From: the human T2T-CHM13v2.0 reference genome, Homo sapiens
Direction: 5' to 3' (one strand)
Length of the DNA: 64,000 nucleotides
NCBI RefSeq assembly: GCF_009914755.1
Contig: NC_060933.1
Position 1 is the first letter of the stretch; each line of letters opens with the position of its first letter. A program made the position numbers and the translations under genes. Shown here piece after piece: positions 40,186 to 56,626 of this stretch. The notes below the pieces were generated by a model, which was not told where the DNA came from, searched no databases, and worked only from the letters and a program-made list of their open reading frames with translations.

Positions 40186-42977
40186 AGTGTTTGTGGTGGT
40201 ATGAAAATGTTGAGAAAACTATACTTCCCAATTTCCTGAGCAGTTGGGAGAAGCTACTTGATGCAACTCTGGCAAATGAGAAGCAAACAAGATACTAGCT
40301 GATGCCTCTGAGAAAGCTCTTTAAAGGATATAATCAATTCTTGTTTGTTCTTTCTCACTGAATCTTATTCCGTAAATGCATTGTCAAGTGATGTGACAAC
40401 AGTGTTATGCTTCAAGCCTAAGCAAGACTCTAAGAATACTGGAGTGAGAGGATTCCACCAGTCTTGGTCCTTGAATCTTTCTTTGCTCATTTTGGCACTC
40501 AGTCTCCAGATATCTTGTTGGGGGAAGAATAGTGGCAGGAACTAACTTTTTTAATCTACTAGTTTTATTTTGTCTTCTATAAAGAAATTAAAATCTACAT
40601 AATCTCTAACTAATAGTAATAGCTTTGCTTTAGGAAAAAAACAAGTGTCCATATTATAAATATCTCAAGCTTCTTCTTATGTTCAAGCTGTTTTCAAATG
40701 TATTTTTTTTCAGTCATTCCTATTTATCATTTCTCAACTACAATGGGCAAGGTACCCTACTAAGCTCCAGAGATAAAGATAAAAGAAACAATATTATTAT
40801 TTCCTCAGAAAGTCTCTGAGGATAGTGAAGACAAAATTAATGGAACTGCTAGTGTTTTGTGATAATTGTGTGTAAACTATCAGGAGAATAGGAGAATATT
40901 AGACAAGATAGGAAATGAATCTCAATAAAAAAGAAAATACAATAAAATGTCACTGTTAAATCATTTAAAACATATGATAAAGGCAGGAGGAGCTATTGCT
41001 GACAAATTCCTAATTTTATATCTGTTACCTCAGCATCATAAATGAAGACATAAAACAAAACCTGAGTTTTAAATTTCCAAAACTATCTGTTGCCTATCCA
41101 CATGATTTTTCTTTTACTTTGTCACAGACTAGTATATTTTCAAGTGCCTAGCTAGGCTCAATTTTATTTTTGTTTCAGTTTTATAGTATTTAATAACATC
41201 TTTTCTCCCCAAAGACCTTTGCTTAGAAACCAAGAGATACACAATGAGGAGCAAGTGTTGTGCTAAGTACCCCTCTGTGGCACGACCTGTGGGCATGCAC
41301 CTGCCTTCCTCCCAGTGTGCTGATTGCATTCCTCTCACTCCCATTGTCAGATTTGCTTCCTGAGCTCTAGACTTTGTCATTAGTTATGACTCATCAATTG
41401 TGGCATAATCATATCAATTCCAGCCCAGTGTCTTCTGTCCTCATTTAAATACAAATTTTTCTTCTATTGCCAAGCTATCAAATATGTTTCATTCACTGAG
41501 TCTTTGTAATAAAAGGTGAAACAGCACAGTCTGCACTCAACAGCCAGATTTTTTTTAAAAGGTTGTAACATTCGAATGATTTGCAGGCATTTTTCTAACA
41601 CATTCTTTATTTTTGAAAACCTAACATCTATGACACCACATATGTATATCTGCTGATTGTAGTTAGCAGTCTCATTCAACACTTATTAAAAAACATGAAA
41701 TTGTCAATCCTATCAAGTTGTTTTTTGGTTGTTTTAAACAGCTCTCAGCCATCTTGGAACTGACCCAGAGTGTAAAGGTCTTGAGGATTCTCTTCAACAG
41801 TATTACCTGAATACAAGCCTTCTGAAAGGAAAAAGAAACTCTAGCTTTTCAAACCAGAAAGTCTAGTAAAATTCAATATTGTAAATTGAATTTCTTTATT
41901 TTTAACAAAATATAATAAATGGTAGACAAATCCATTCTTACAGTTCTATTTACAATCCTCTTTCAGTTTTATCTACGTAAGCACCACCATGTAGGTTTAT
42001 TATATTTTCTGTTCACATTTTTTTTCCTACATTTTATTAGTTGCATTTCCCCCTACATTTTTATTTTAGTGCTGACCTTCAATTCCTCAGGGGTCAGTTC
42101 CTTGTACATAAATAATACTTCCATGTTTCATGAGGTCAGTTACCGCTCAAATCGGCACTAATGGCAGAAAATAAAAACAACAGAATCCAAAACTTCTCCC
42201 TGAGATTTTATCACATGTTATAATTTTAGAATTCCCACTTTGGTAGCTTTTACTTTTTATTGACAGATTGAAGTTTAACTGTAGCCAATTTTAAAAGACA
42301 GAAGTACGACTGAGTTATCATATAGTTCAGTGACAAATCATATTAACATTATATTTTGATATATCTCAATACAAATACAGATAATTCTCTGATATCTTAG
42401 ACCCATCTCAGATACTTTTGTTTCTACATTAAAAATAGAAATAATTCAGGAAAATAAAATTGGTGAAAATTACAAAGCAAATATCCAATTTTTTCGAAAG
42501 AACAAACTTGTCTCTAATTGTCATTCAATGCAATTTCATTTTTGTCTTCTGTAGTTCTTTAAATATGTATTCAGGAAAAGTTTCCAGATCTGTAAAAAAA
42601 TCTAGCAGCTTTCATGACTTCTTTTGGTTATTGGTATTTAACAGATAGTTATATTATGTTGTAAACCACAATTTTATTTCAGAAATTATAATATGAATTT
42701 CTATATTTTAATTAAAATATAATTCAGATATGTTTTCTCCCCTACCTCTTTCATCTGTAGGCTGTGGGAAGGGGTCATTCTTGGTTTCTTTTCCTTTTCA
42801 GCAGTCTTCACCTTACTTACCCCCTCTCCTATTGGATAACTGCTTCTACTGACCACTCTAGGACTGAAGTCTGGAAATAGGAGTGGTAATGAAGAGAGAA
42901 ATTTCTTTCTTAACTGATAGTAAGTGATCATTTAATCTACAACTGTCAATTCCCATGAAACTTTTCACTTTCTAGAA

Positions 42978-43202
42978 TAAGCTTGTCCAACCCACAGCCC
43001 AAAGGCCACGCACAGTCCAGGACAGCTTTGAATGAGGCCCAATAGAAATTGGTAAACTTTTAAAAAACATTATGGGATTTTTTTTGGTGATTTTTTTTTC
43101 TTTAGCTTGTCAGCTAAAGTGTTAGTGCATTTTATATGTGGCCCAAGACAATTCGTCTTCTTGCAGTGTGGCCCAGAGAAGCTAAATGATTGAACACCCC
43201 TG
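42978..43202. mobile_element. MER30 (hAT-Charlie) MITE, full length
   Basis: taagcttgtccaaccc...ttgaacacccctg; perfect 8-bp TSD ttctagaa at 42970-42977 and 43203-43210. Confidence 0.9.
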
Positions 43203-43329
43203 TTCTAGAAGTTCATTCCATGCAATGGAATCCCACCCAAGTGTTCTTAAAACACACTTGGCTTCAAGCCATCTGCCATCTTTCATTGCTCATGTGGATC
43301 ATTTCCGATCTGGGTTAAAAGGTAATGCA

Positions 43330-43825
43330 TTCGTGGGCCCTGAAATCCAGAAAGTGAAACCCCAGGTCAGCTACTTAATTTGCAGGATCCCTTTTACAAA
43401 CAAAAGAAAATATAATAGAATTTTTTTTCCTATGGTTTCTTTCTTGACCTGTCATGATGTTTTTTCTTTGCTCTTAATTTCACTCAGCCTTGGAAACAGG
43501 AATGCTCACAGAGCGCTCAAAATTACTCAGGATATGACCCTGAGTCTCCTTGTATTTGGCCTCAGACCCCTGCTGGGTAAGAGGTGGTGTAGTGGTCTCT
43601 AGGTATCAGTGGGGGAGCAAGATGGCAAAAGGTGAGATCACATGTGAGCTGAGGCCCCATGCTCCTGGCTCATGCTCCATTGTCCCATCAGAGTTCACTT
43701 ACAAAACACAAATTCAAAGATAAAATTATTAAGGATTTCAAGACAGTAACAGTAAAGTTTTGAAGGATCCACTGAATGTGGGTTCTTATACAACTACAGT
43801 GGTCACAAACCCATGAAATTGACAA
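43330..43825. mobile_element. hAT-Tip100 (Zaphod/MER115-like) relic
   Basis: acaaattcaaagataaaattattaaggatttcaagac...ggtcacaaacccatgaa. Confidence 0.5.
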
Positions 43826-45544
43826 TCTAAATGTATTAGCAGCTGTTCTTTAATTTACCAGCAAAACAGCTTATCAGCCTTTGTCTTTTACTCTAATTCT
43901 GGAAAATAATTAATTAAACATCAGACTCCTGTGCCACTCCTAAATTTTGGAGATATTCATCGAGCTTTATAAATACTCTCCCCTCACCTGAGTGGAGAAA
44001 CATTGCTACCCTCCCATCCAATGTGGCTATTCTAGAACACCTTTCCCAACTAAACTTTTCATGAGAAAGAAAATTCTTATTTTCCTCAATTCTGGTAATT
44101 ATTTGTGGTGTTTTGCATTGTGTCATCTTGAGTAGGCAAAAAAGTACATTTTTTTTCAAGATGTCCTTCTCTGTATTATCCAAAAGAGGAACTTGTACGT
44201 AACTAGGAAAAAGGAAGTAAGGTGGTGGCCCTTATTCTCTGAAGGTCATCATAATCAAATGCAGTATCGGATCAATGCAGAGGTTCCAGCCGGCTTGCAA
44301 CCTGTCCTAAATCTGCTCTATTCCACGTTCAACACCTTTGCCTACTGTTGCCTCTGTCCATCAACAGCAGCCCAAGACTCACCAAAAGATTCTTAGATGT
44401 GAATCAACAGAGGTTGTAGCTACACAAAATCACAGCCTCTCAAAGGGCATCCCAGGAGCAACCCTTACATAAAGAGATATGTTTGGTATTTCATATTGAC
44501 TTGTTAGTGAGAGGTCCTCTGATTCTTGAACTTCCCTTTCAGACCTTGAGTTTCCCAGCTACTTGTATAGCTCTACACATCTAATTCCTTTAATAAGTCC
44601 TTTATCCCATAAAACACATTACTAACTTTGCTCCCCTGTCTGACTCCTGTCTGATATATCATTTTGTACTTGTATTTTGAGTTAAGCAAGTTCTTACCAA
44701 GTAATTTTAAAATCTACATCTTGTAATTCTATTGATTTATTTCCTATGGTCTTAGTCAAATTTTTGATTTTATAATCTAACTTTACTGGCACTAATTCTT
44801 TATGCTGTGGTCATTGTATCGGAGACAAAATCAAAGTGTCATACATCAAAAAAGCAATGTGGAAAGGAGTAAAGAAGTCCCTGGAAATACTAGGTGCTCA
44901 TATTGTAAAAATTTACCTTGGGCAGTTATCCCTAGGCTTTCTACAAAAAACAGGTTGACATTAGATCTAGCAGTTTAATCTGTATTGTCTTTTATTTGTC
45001 ACAAATGTGTGTCATGCCTATAATTCCCAGAAATTACACTGCTTCAGCCTCACTGATAGTAAACCTGTGTGCTCATAGCTCTTATGATATATATCTAATT
45101 AGTGCCTGCAGGGAAAATACCCCTAAACGTTCTGTCCTATGTTCTGATAACGGATTCTTTCACTGTTACTTCCATGAAAGACGTTTTCTTCTCTTACAAT
45201 AAGAAGACCAGGATATTCTGCCTCACTATCAGTTTGTGTAGAGGTTGATCTGTTCTCCATTTTAGAAAATCAGCAGTTGGACCAATATTGCTTCTGAAAC
45301 TGTGATATATGCACTTTGCATTTTATAATTTTATTCATTCTGAGAACATCAGACATAAAGATTTTGCTTCATCATATATTCCCTGACTTTCTCCTCATTT
45401 TTTTTTATTCCTTCCTTCAGCTTGACTCAGGCTATGCACACTCTGGGCTTTGAAGATATGGCCTAGCTTTGGTCTCTGGGGACTGGTTGTGCTGTGCCAA
45501 ACATTTCTTGTGCCATGGTCCCTCTTTCCAGAATAACTTGTTTT

Positions 45545-46015
45545 TACTTTTATTATTGGAAGTGATTGTGCAGAATCGATATAATTTCCTGATTAAATGT
45601 TTGGTAAGATTTAGCAGTGAACTTATCTAGCCCTGGTGCTTTCTATTTAGCAGGGTATTAATTATTAATTCAGTTTCTTTAATAGATAAAGGCCTGTTCA
45701 GATTATCTATTTCTCCTCATGTGAGTTTTGGTTGATTGTGTCCTTCAAGGAATTGGTACATTTCACCCTCATCATTAAATTTTTGTGCATAAAGTTGTTC
45801 ATAATATTCCTTTACTATCCTTTAATGTACATGGGATCACTAATGATGTCCTCTCTTTCATTTCTGGTATTAATAATTTATGTCAACTCTATTTGTTTTA
45901 GTTAATCTTGATAGAAGTTTATCAATATTATTGATGTTTTCAAATAACTAGCTTTTTTCTTTCATCAGTTTTTTTTCTATTTATTTTTTGGCTTTAATTT
46001 TATTGATTTCTAATT
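45545..46015 (-). mobile_element. Old L1M ORF2 fragment
   Basis: ttagcagtgaacttatctagccctggtgc...ttcagattatctatttct...tttatcaatattattgatgttttcaaataac. Confidence 0.75.
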
Positions 46016-46569
46016 CAACACAATTTTGAAAATGTATAAAGGAAAGCACAGTATTATAAAAGGTACCAATTCTGTTGAAACATACTTAAATATTTTTTAA
46101 ATAATTTTTAAAATTATACTAAAAGGTTTTTTCTAATGCATTAATAAGACAACATGTATGAACTATAAGCAATAAATTTTATTTGTTAAAGGCAGATTAG
46201 TGTTAAGGTATTCTCTTTAATTTGAAGAAATTATTAAACCATGAGGTAAAATTTGATAAATCCTCATATATATCATGTTAGATATCTAAATGATTTATTT
46301 TTGTTGTTTCTTTATAATTTATTTTTATTGCTTGTCTGTTTACCAATGTTAAATATATTGATTTGTAAGGATTTACTCTTCCAAGTGTAACTAAGGTTTT
46401 CATAATTCACACCAGATGAAGGCAGGTGTCTCTCAAGAAAACTTCAAATTTTACAAGATTATTTGGTGAAACTCCAACTAGAGTAATTTTTTTCTGCTAA
46501 GATTTAAAATGGAAATTCTTAATATTTTGCATCTTGGAAGAGTAATTTCTAAAACCTCAGTGTGATTTT

Positions 46570-47865
46570 CAGCTTCTGATTAGGATGTAGAAAGGTGAAA
46601 AGAATGATGCTCCCACCCTTAAGGTGAGAAATATTTGAATGATCTACAAAGTCATAAGTTGTTTTCAGCCCATCAGAGATGAAGTTGCATGGCAACCAAG
46701 TAAACTGATTCCAGAGAGGGACAAGCCCTCAAGGATGGAAAGGACACAAAATGAGTTTCATCTTTGACCAATCAAAAAATGAAGAGGAAGTCACCATATA
46801 ATCATATAAGAAATCAGCTAAACTTTAATAAATTCTTAAAGGCTAAATGTGGGTAAATTGTAAGTTTAGAATAGCAGGAGGCCTCAGGCACAAGAAATGG
46901 TCATTTCTTAAACTCTTTTACACGGAACTTTGTCTGTTGAAGGGAAAGACTGGGAACTGGGCAGAAGATGAGAGAGACCCTGCTGCATAGTGCAGGCTTC
47001 GGGTAATAATCAGTTGCTGCTGGGGGACTGGCAAAAAGCCTTGCCCACTACCCCAGAACATTCTTTCTTAGGAAGCAAAGCTTTAAGCCACTATAGAAGA
47101 GACAGCACAACTGTCATTTCCACTAATCACAGGCAAAGATGCACTGAGGCTTGGGAACAAGTGGAAGAATGCATCCTATATCTTTGGAAGAGTGCTAGGA
47201 AACAGTTGTGGCTAAGATTCTATACCAATAACAAGAAGAAGCCTTTAACTACTATAGAGTGGTAAATATTTCCACCCAAAACCAACCACAGATCCAAGAC
47301 AGAGTTTCATTGTCATAGATGAGTTGGACACAATGCAAGAACACTAAGAATGCCCCATTTTGAGAAAAAAAAAAATTCAGCTTAATTCAATGACAGTAGT
47401 CTAAAACCAACATAACAAAAAGACAAAAAGGAATGAAAACTTGGACTTTTTTCACACAGGACATACCTAAGATTGAATGAGGCTGAGACAGGGCAACATA
47501 AAACACCCCACTTTTTACCCCTATGCCAAGCCTGATACCAAATAATAAGCATCAGCTGTCTACGTATTGAGTAAGGGAAAGAGGAAAGACAGAGAACACC
47601 TCGGCGGTGCAGGAAGGTAAGGATGCTGAAAGCTGAGAGGGGAACAGAGGTACTAAACAAAATCCTCCAGCACCCCAGGACCCACCTTAAACCCAGCCAA
47701 CATCAGCCATTCCTATAGGAATTTGAAGCCTGTGTGGACTGAAGGTAATGATAATCACGATAAAATCTATATCTAGCTCAAACCCCTGACTAAAACAGTT
47801 TGCTGTCTCATACAAATTGTCGGACAAAATGATGTGCTCTTTTGCTGGCATAAATATTATTTTAA
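46570..47865 (+). mobile_element. Old L1M (L1MC/MD-type) 5' UTR relic
   Basis: Recalled resemblance to L1M 5' ends; purine-rich and more GC-rich than flanks. Confidence 0.4.
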
Positions 47866-49515
47866 GAGTAATTACTGCTACCTACTTGATTTTGGAATAA
47901 AACATATGCTAGCCTTAGCTAGGCAATTTGTTTTTCTATATTCAGAAGTAACATAATAAATAACAGATTCTTAAAATTCTGATAGAATTTACTTATCTGA
48001 GGATTTGAAGGAATGATCTTTAATAGACTAAGAAATAAATATTGAAATGATTGTTAGATACTTCCTGTAAAATCCTATATTCTTTATCTTTAGTTCCTAT
48101 TATTAATACGTCTTAGTTGTTACAGTCCTTACATCTTTCCATCTCTAGCATTCACATTTATTACAATGAAGCTATTTTAATACTTAAAATTTTTTAATTG
48201 TGCATATTACACAGTCTCTCTTATTGTCTTGGTTAACCTTCCACAGGTTTCTGTATCCTAAATGTTTTCTCAAAAACTAACTTTTGGTTAGATTAACATT
48301 CTTTGTTGTTGCTTTAAAGATTTTTGTTCATTAACTATTTCTATTGGGTTTCCTCCACTGCTCTTTCTCCAATTTTTAATTGAAAAATAGAGCTCGTATA
48401 ATTTTAATCTTTAATAATAAATGTATTTCAATGTACATATTTTTACCTTAAATTATATTATGTCATGTTGTCATGTAAATATTGCCCCTCTAGCTTTTTA
48501 GTATTTAAGCCTGGTGTGTTATAAAATAATTTTAATGTTAGTAGTTATATACACATATATTTTCTTTTAAATTTTAACTTATGTCAACAACATGTTTTGG
48601 CTCTTATTAAAAAATTTATAAAAGTCAGGATCCTTTAATTACTGCTTTTAACTTATTTGCATTTATTGTCATTATTGTTACATTTAACTTAGTTCGGCCA
48701 ATTTACATCATATTATACATTTACTCACATTTTTAGTTTGTTTCCTTTCCCCATTTCTTCTATTGTTTGTCTATAGAATAGCTCACTATATTAGTTTAAC
48801 AAGTATTTAAATTTATCTCTGTGGTAATTATCTTAACATTTTAAATAAGAAAATAAATATTACTTTCTTAAACTATTGATATCTGTATATTGTATCTAAA
48901 GATACATTTGCTTTGTCATAGTCATGTGTTTCTTAGATTTCAATTTCATCTTTCTCATTATATAGATAATTTATATAATTTCAATTCTGAATTGCTTTTG
49001 TTTTAAAATTTGCATTCTCTTTATTTTTTTCCTTGTTTTTCTCTTTTCTCTAAACTATAAACTGACTCTCTACTCAACTCTCTTCTTATGAAAATTGTAT
49101 AAAATATGCATGGAGGTATCAAAAATATTCCAAGGCATTAAAGATTACAGGGCTAAAATACCGAAGAAAACAACACTTCAGAGAATTGAGAACAATATGG
49201 ACTATCCCTTGACCCATGAAAGATTTTCTCACATGTATGTGGCTATTGATAGACCAAAAACCTAAGCAGAAATATTCATAGTCTTATAGTTTTAAGAGAA
49301 TAAAATATATGGCTCAAGACTTATCAATGAGAAAGGCCGATTTATACACCCCAGGCTTCATTTGACACTTCAAAGGTTTAGGAATATTAATGGAAATAAA
49401 TAGATTATAATTCACAATAATTGCAGTTTGGTCTCAAACCAGCTTAATCACTGATTATATGAATATGATCTGTAACACACCTTAGATAACCCTCCAAAAA
49501 ACAGAGTTAGAGTTA

Positions 49516-49948
<433 letters not shown>

Positions 49949-51402
49949 TCACAGTCTCAGGAAGTGCCAGAGTGAAGCATGATAAATATGGAGACAACTA
50001 CATAGCTCATATTAGAGAATTAACGACAAAGAGACTATCTCAAAAATAGTTCTAGGAAAAAGCATATTACCTTCAAAAAGTGGCAATATGACTTAGGGTT
50101 GACTTCTCAAATGGAAGCCAACTGGTAACTAGAATTTTATTCCTAATAAAATATTATGGAATATGAGAAAAAAATAAATTCATGTTCAGGAAAACAAAAA
50201 ATAAGGGAACTATCTATATCATTTATACATTACACCAAATGAAATAATAATGTCTTTCAAGCAGAAGAAAAATTATTTTACATGTAAATGTAGAAATTTA
50301 GAAATGAAATCAAGAAAAGGAAGGACAAAACATCTGGATAAATCTAAATAAATAGTGACTATATAAATAAAATCCATCATATAAAATTTAAAATAAATAT
50401 CAACAAAACTACCTAACAAAATATCAAAAGCATTATAAGATCTTCATAGTCTAAGAAAAGTAATGAAAATTTTACTTTATACTCAGACACTAATAAGTCA
50501 AGGAATCATGAAATAATATCTAGGGCAAAATCAAAAGATACTTAAACTTATAGGAGATTATAAGGGCATATTGGAGAAAAAAATGCTTAATTGAGAAAAA
50601 AGGCAAGAAAGAGCAAGTCGAAAATACAACAGATGGAAAAATAGCAAAGTGGTAGACCACAATCAAAATATCTTGAGCTAAATATAAATGATTTTCATAC
50701 TTCGGCTAATAAAAATATCTAAAATGAATTTTAAAAGTAATTGAATGTGTTTTATTAAAAATAAGAACTGAGGAAGTCTGAAAAAAAAATGTAAAAATGG
50801 TCTGTTAGGCTGACATAACCAAAAGAAAGCTGAGATAGATGTACTAACATCAGATGAAATAAATTTAGTGGCAAGAAGCAGTACTAAGACAAAAGAATAC
50901 CTTTCAAAATGATAAAATGAGCAGTATACCATGATGTGACAATTTAAAATTTGTATTAATGTAATAATGGGAGAAATGTAATGCATCCATATCATACTGG
51001 GGACTTTTGCCCACTTTTCTTACACGGTTGGAAGAAGTAGAAAAAAATGTAATTAAGAATAATAAAGAATTAGATATCTCTATTAGCAAATTTGATCTAA
51101 TTGATATATATAGCATAATATTAAACTCGATAAACTTAAAATTGAATATGTAATGTGAATGCACATTTAATATTTATTCAAATGCTCTATATTGTGTCAT
51201 AGGTCAAGCCGTGACAAATTTTCATAATTGAAAATAGAAATAATACATTTTCTGACATCAGTTAAACTGTTAGAAATCATTTACAAAAGGACAACTTAAT
51301 CCACAAATATTTTAAAATCAAGCAACATATTCCTAAATAATTCACAAGTCACAAAATTAGTCTCAATGGAAATTAGAAAATATTTTAAGAAAATGAGAAT
51401 AA

Positions 51403-51710
51403 GCCGGGCGCGGTGGCTCACGCCTGTAATCCCAGCACTTTGGGAGGCCGAGGCGGGTGATCACGAGGTCAGCAGATCGAGACCATCCTGGCGAACACGG
51501 TGAAACCCCGTCTCTACTAAAAATACAAAAAATTAGCTGGGCGTGGTGAAGGGCGCTTGTAGTCCCAGCTACTCGGGAAGCTGAGGCAGGAGAATGGCAT
51601 GAACCCAGCGGGGCGGAGCTTGCAGTGAGCCGAGATCGCGCCACTGCACTCCAGCCTGGGGGACGGAGTGAAACTCCGTCTTCAAAAGAAAAAAAAAAGA
51701 AAGAAAAAGA
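51403..51710 (+). mobile_element. AluY, CpG-rich
   Basis: TSD aagaaaatgagaataa at 51387-51402 and 51711-51726. Confidence 0.96.
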
Positions 51711-51754
51711 AAGAAAATGAGAATAAATGTATGACATATTGAAACTCAAGAAAA

Positions 51755-51977
51755 TGGATATCCTTGGTTACACAAAGTCATACAGATGGTAAAATGGTCA
51801 TTGGAGACTCAGAGCAGGGAGGGTGACAGAGGAGTGAGGGATGGAAACTTGCCTAGTGGGTACAGGGTACACTATTCAGGTGATGACTACATTAAAAGCC
51901 CAGACTTCACCACAATACAATAAACCATGTAACCAAAAACGCTTTAGCCCTAAAGCTATTGATTTTTTTAAAAAAAC
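51755..51977 (+). mobile_element. L1MA3-like 3' end fragment
   Basis: taaaagcccagacttcaccacaatacaa...catgtaaccaaaaac...ccctaaagctattga. Confidence 0.75.
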
Positions 51978-53928
51978 TATAGCCTTAATGGTGATATTGC
52001 AAAGAATAAAAGATTAAATGCCAGTAGTCCAAATACCCACAGGTTGAAAACAGAACATGCTTAAAAATGGTACATTTAAAGAAGCTGAAAACCAAACAGT
52101 AAACCAAATCCAATGAAAATAGAAGTCATACAAGAGATATTAATGGAAAATAATACATTCAAAAAGAATCACATAATCAAGGGGATCAAAAAAAAGCCAA
52201 AAGTTTTTCCTTGTAATAATGTTAAAATAATCTTTTACAAAATTCAGAGACCAAAAAAAAGTGTGAGAGAGAGAGAGAGGGAGGGAGGGAGCACAGTAAT
52301 ATAAAAAGAAAAGATATTACTACTGATCCTACAGAAGAAAGAAATTCAAAGTTATGAGCTACATTATTGCAGTACATATTTGACAGTTTCAATAAAATTT
52401 GTAAAAAACTTGAAAAAGTCACTTACCAAAACTGACATGAGAAGACATAAAAATCGGAATATTCCTGTAACTATTTTTAAAATCCATAATAAATAACTTT
52501 TTCTCATATATGTACAAAAGTTCTAGGTCCAGATGTTTCACTAGAGAATTCTCCAAAACATATTAACAGGAAAGAAAACTAACATTACTTACATATTTCC
52601 CCTATTGAAAAATTTCTCAGCTTGTTTTATAAGGTTACCGATAATTTTAACATAGAAATGTGACAAGGACATTAGAAGAAAAGACAGTAACAGTCCAGTC
52701 TCTCTTACAACCTAGCTAAAAATAATTTAAATATTATACATAAAACTCCGCAATATGTAAACCACAAACATAGGTTGGGCTTGTTACAGGAATGAACGTG
52801 TTTTAATATTCAAAATTTTAAAACTGCAGTGTGTTTTTCTTAACAGAATAAAAGCCAAAAATCATATGACATTCTCTATAACTAAAAAAAAAAAAACTCC
52901 AAAGTCTATGAGTGACAAAGCCTATTACCTAAGTTGCAATGATGAAAAAATATTTAAATTATTAAAGGCTACCTCCAAAATGACTGTGATGAGCACCTCT
53001 GTAATGGCAAAGTGTTGAACACTTTCCTACTGACATTGGGAATGAGAAAATGATACTGACTATGATCAACTTTGTTCAACCTTACACCTGACAAAATTGC
53101 TAGTGAGAAAGTAAAGAAGAAATAAAAAAGATATAAGAACTTGAGGAGAAGTAATTAAGATAATTTTTCACCAAAAAAATGAACAATTTACAGATAAACT
53201 CTTATATGAATACATTTACAAGGTATGTGCCTATAAGATAATATTTGAAATCAATTGCATGTCTTTTTTTAAGGAAAGAAGAACTTCTAAAATTGAAATT
53301 TGAAAAAAAAGATACCTCTAACAATAACATCAGAAACATCAATTATACAGGAATTAATTTACTAACTAGAATACAAAATCTGAAAATGAAACCCCAGAAA
53401 GCATTATGAGAAAATTGTTGAAAGTCGGGACATTAGTTACCTGGAAAAGGTAGGCAAGTATTATCCTAGGAATGAGTTTAGGAGAATTCTGGGTTGTCAG
53501 TAATAGCTAATTCCCTAACCTGCATGGTTATTTATGTTTATTGCAAAATAGTAGCTTACTTTTTTTAATTTTATAATATCCATTGAATGTTTATTATGAT
53601 ATACCCATTGAGATCTATGTTTATGATTTGTATATTTTTTAGGGGTGTGAAACAACAATAAAACATTTGTTTAAAACAAAATTAATGAATAACAGTAAAT
53701 TTTATTATGACATCAGATGATTTGTACCTCTGATAGTTCTTGACATATCATCTATATTTGAATTTCTTGTTTGAATAATTTCTCTAAAAATGTTTTTAGT
53801 ACCCTGCTTTGGGTAGCAAACCACTTGAGGGAGGATGAGTCTGGGAATATTTTTTAAAATGCTCTCAATGTTCAACAGCATTTCATTTGGATATAAAATT
53901 CTACATTATAGCTGTTTTCCTTCTATAA

Positions 53929-55605
<1,677 letters not shown>

Positions 55606-56330
55606 TTTTTAATATGCCATTACCTTCTTGCAATCCAGTTGCAGTAAAAGTTTGATAGAATGCTTTGGTCCTCTGCAGGTGACTATTTATTCTCGGTTAT
55701 TATTATCTTATAGTTAGAATTTTGTTTTGACTTAACCGAATTGGCTTAGAAACAGAAGGCACATTATTTTCAAGAGCATATAGGATATTTTACAAAATAA
55801 AACAACCATATGCTGGCTGTATAGCAAGTCACAGTCAATTTCAAGGAATTTAAATCATTCAGATTATGTCCTCTGGCCAAAACATCTGGAGAAAAGCACC
55901 ACATTTTGTTTCTTTGTTTAAAATTCTGTAGAGCATATATGTATAATTTCTGTTATTTCTGATAAATGTAAGATAGTGTTAAAGTGGTTTAGTACTTCTT
56001 TTCTGTCCTCCTTGCACAGTCACCCTTACTGTTTTTGGATTTCTTGTGGTTTGTGTTGTGACACAAGCCTAATTTTTCCTCAGGTTTTAAAGCCTGCTAC
56101 TTGTTTCTGAAGTACTGAGTCATTGCTCAAGCGAATATTTTAATATATATATCCATATCTTATCATTTCACCAAATTTAGATAGTTAAAAATTTTCAAAG
56201 ATGACATTGATACATTTCTCCCAGTAGTTACATTTATTATGCCTTAGAAAGCAATAAGAAAAGGACTGAAAAACAGACTGGGATTTGGCAATTCAGGAAT
56301 CAAATAATTATGTTTTAAAAAGATATTGTC

Positions 56331-56626
56331 GATTCTCCTGCCTCAGCCTCCTGAGTAGCTGGGACTACAGGTGCCTGCCACCACGCCCGGCTAATTTTTT
56401 GTATTTTTAGTAGAGATGGGGTTTCACCGTGTTAGCCAGGATGGTCTCGATCTCCTGACCTCGTGATCCACCCGCCTCAGCTTCCCAAAGTGCTGGGATT
56501 ACAGGCGTGAGCCACTGCACCTAGCAGAGCTTACAGTGAGCCAAGATCGCGCCACTGCACTCCAACCTGGGCAATAGAGCGAGACTCCATCTCAAAAAAA
56601 AAAAAAAAAAAAGAAAGAAAAATAAA
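56331..56626 (+). mobile_element. 5'-inverted Alu (Y/Sc-type): 56331-56525 inverted, 56526-56626 sense with poly(A)
   Basis: Both parts enclosed by one 15-bp TSD taaaaagatattgtc at 56316-56330 and 56627-56641. Confidence 0.93.

Noticed and set aside
43186-43602. 138-aa ORF
   Set aside because: Starts inside MER30 and runs through a DNA-transposon relic; no recognisable protein.
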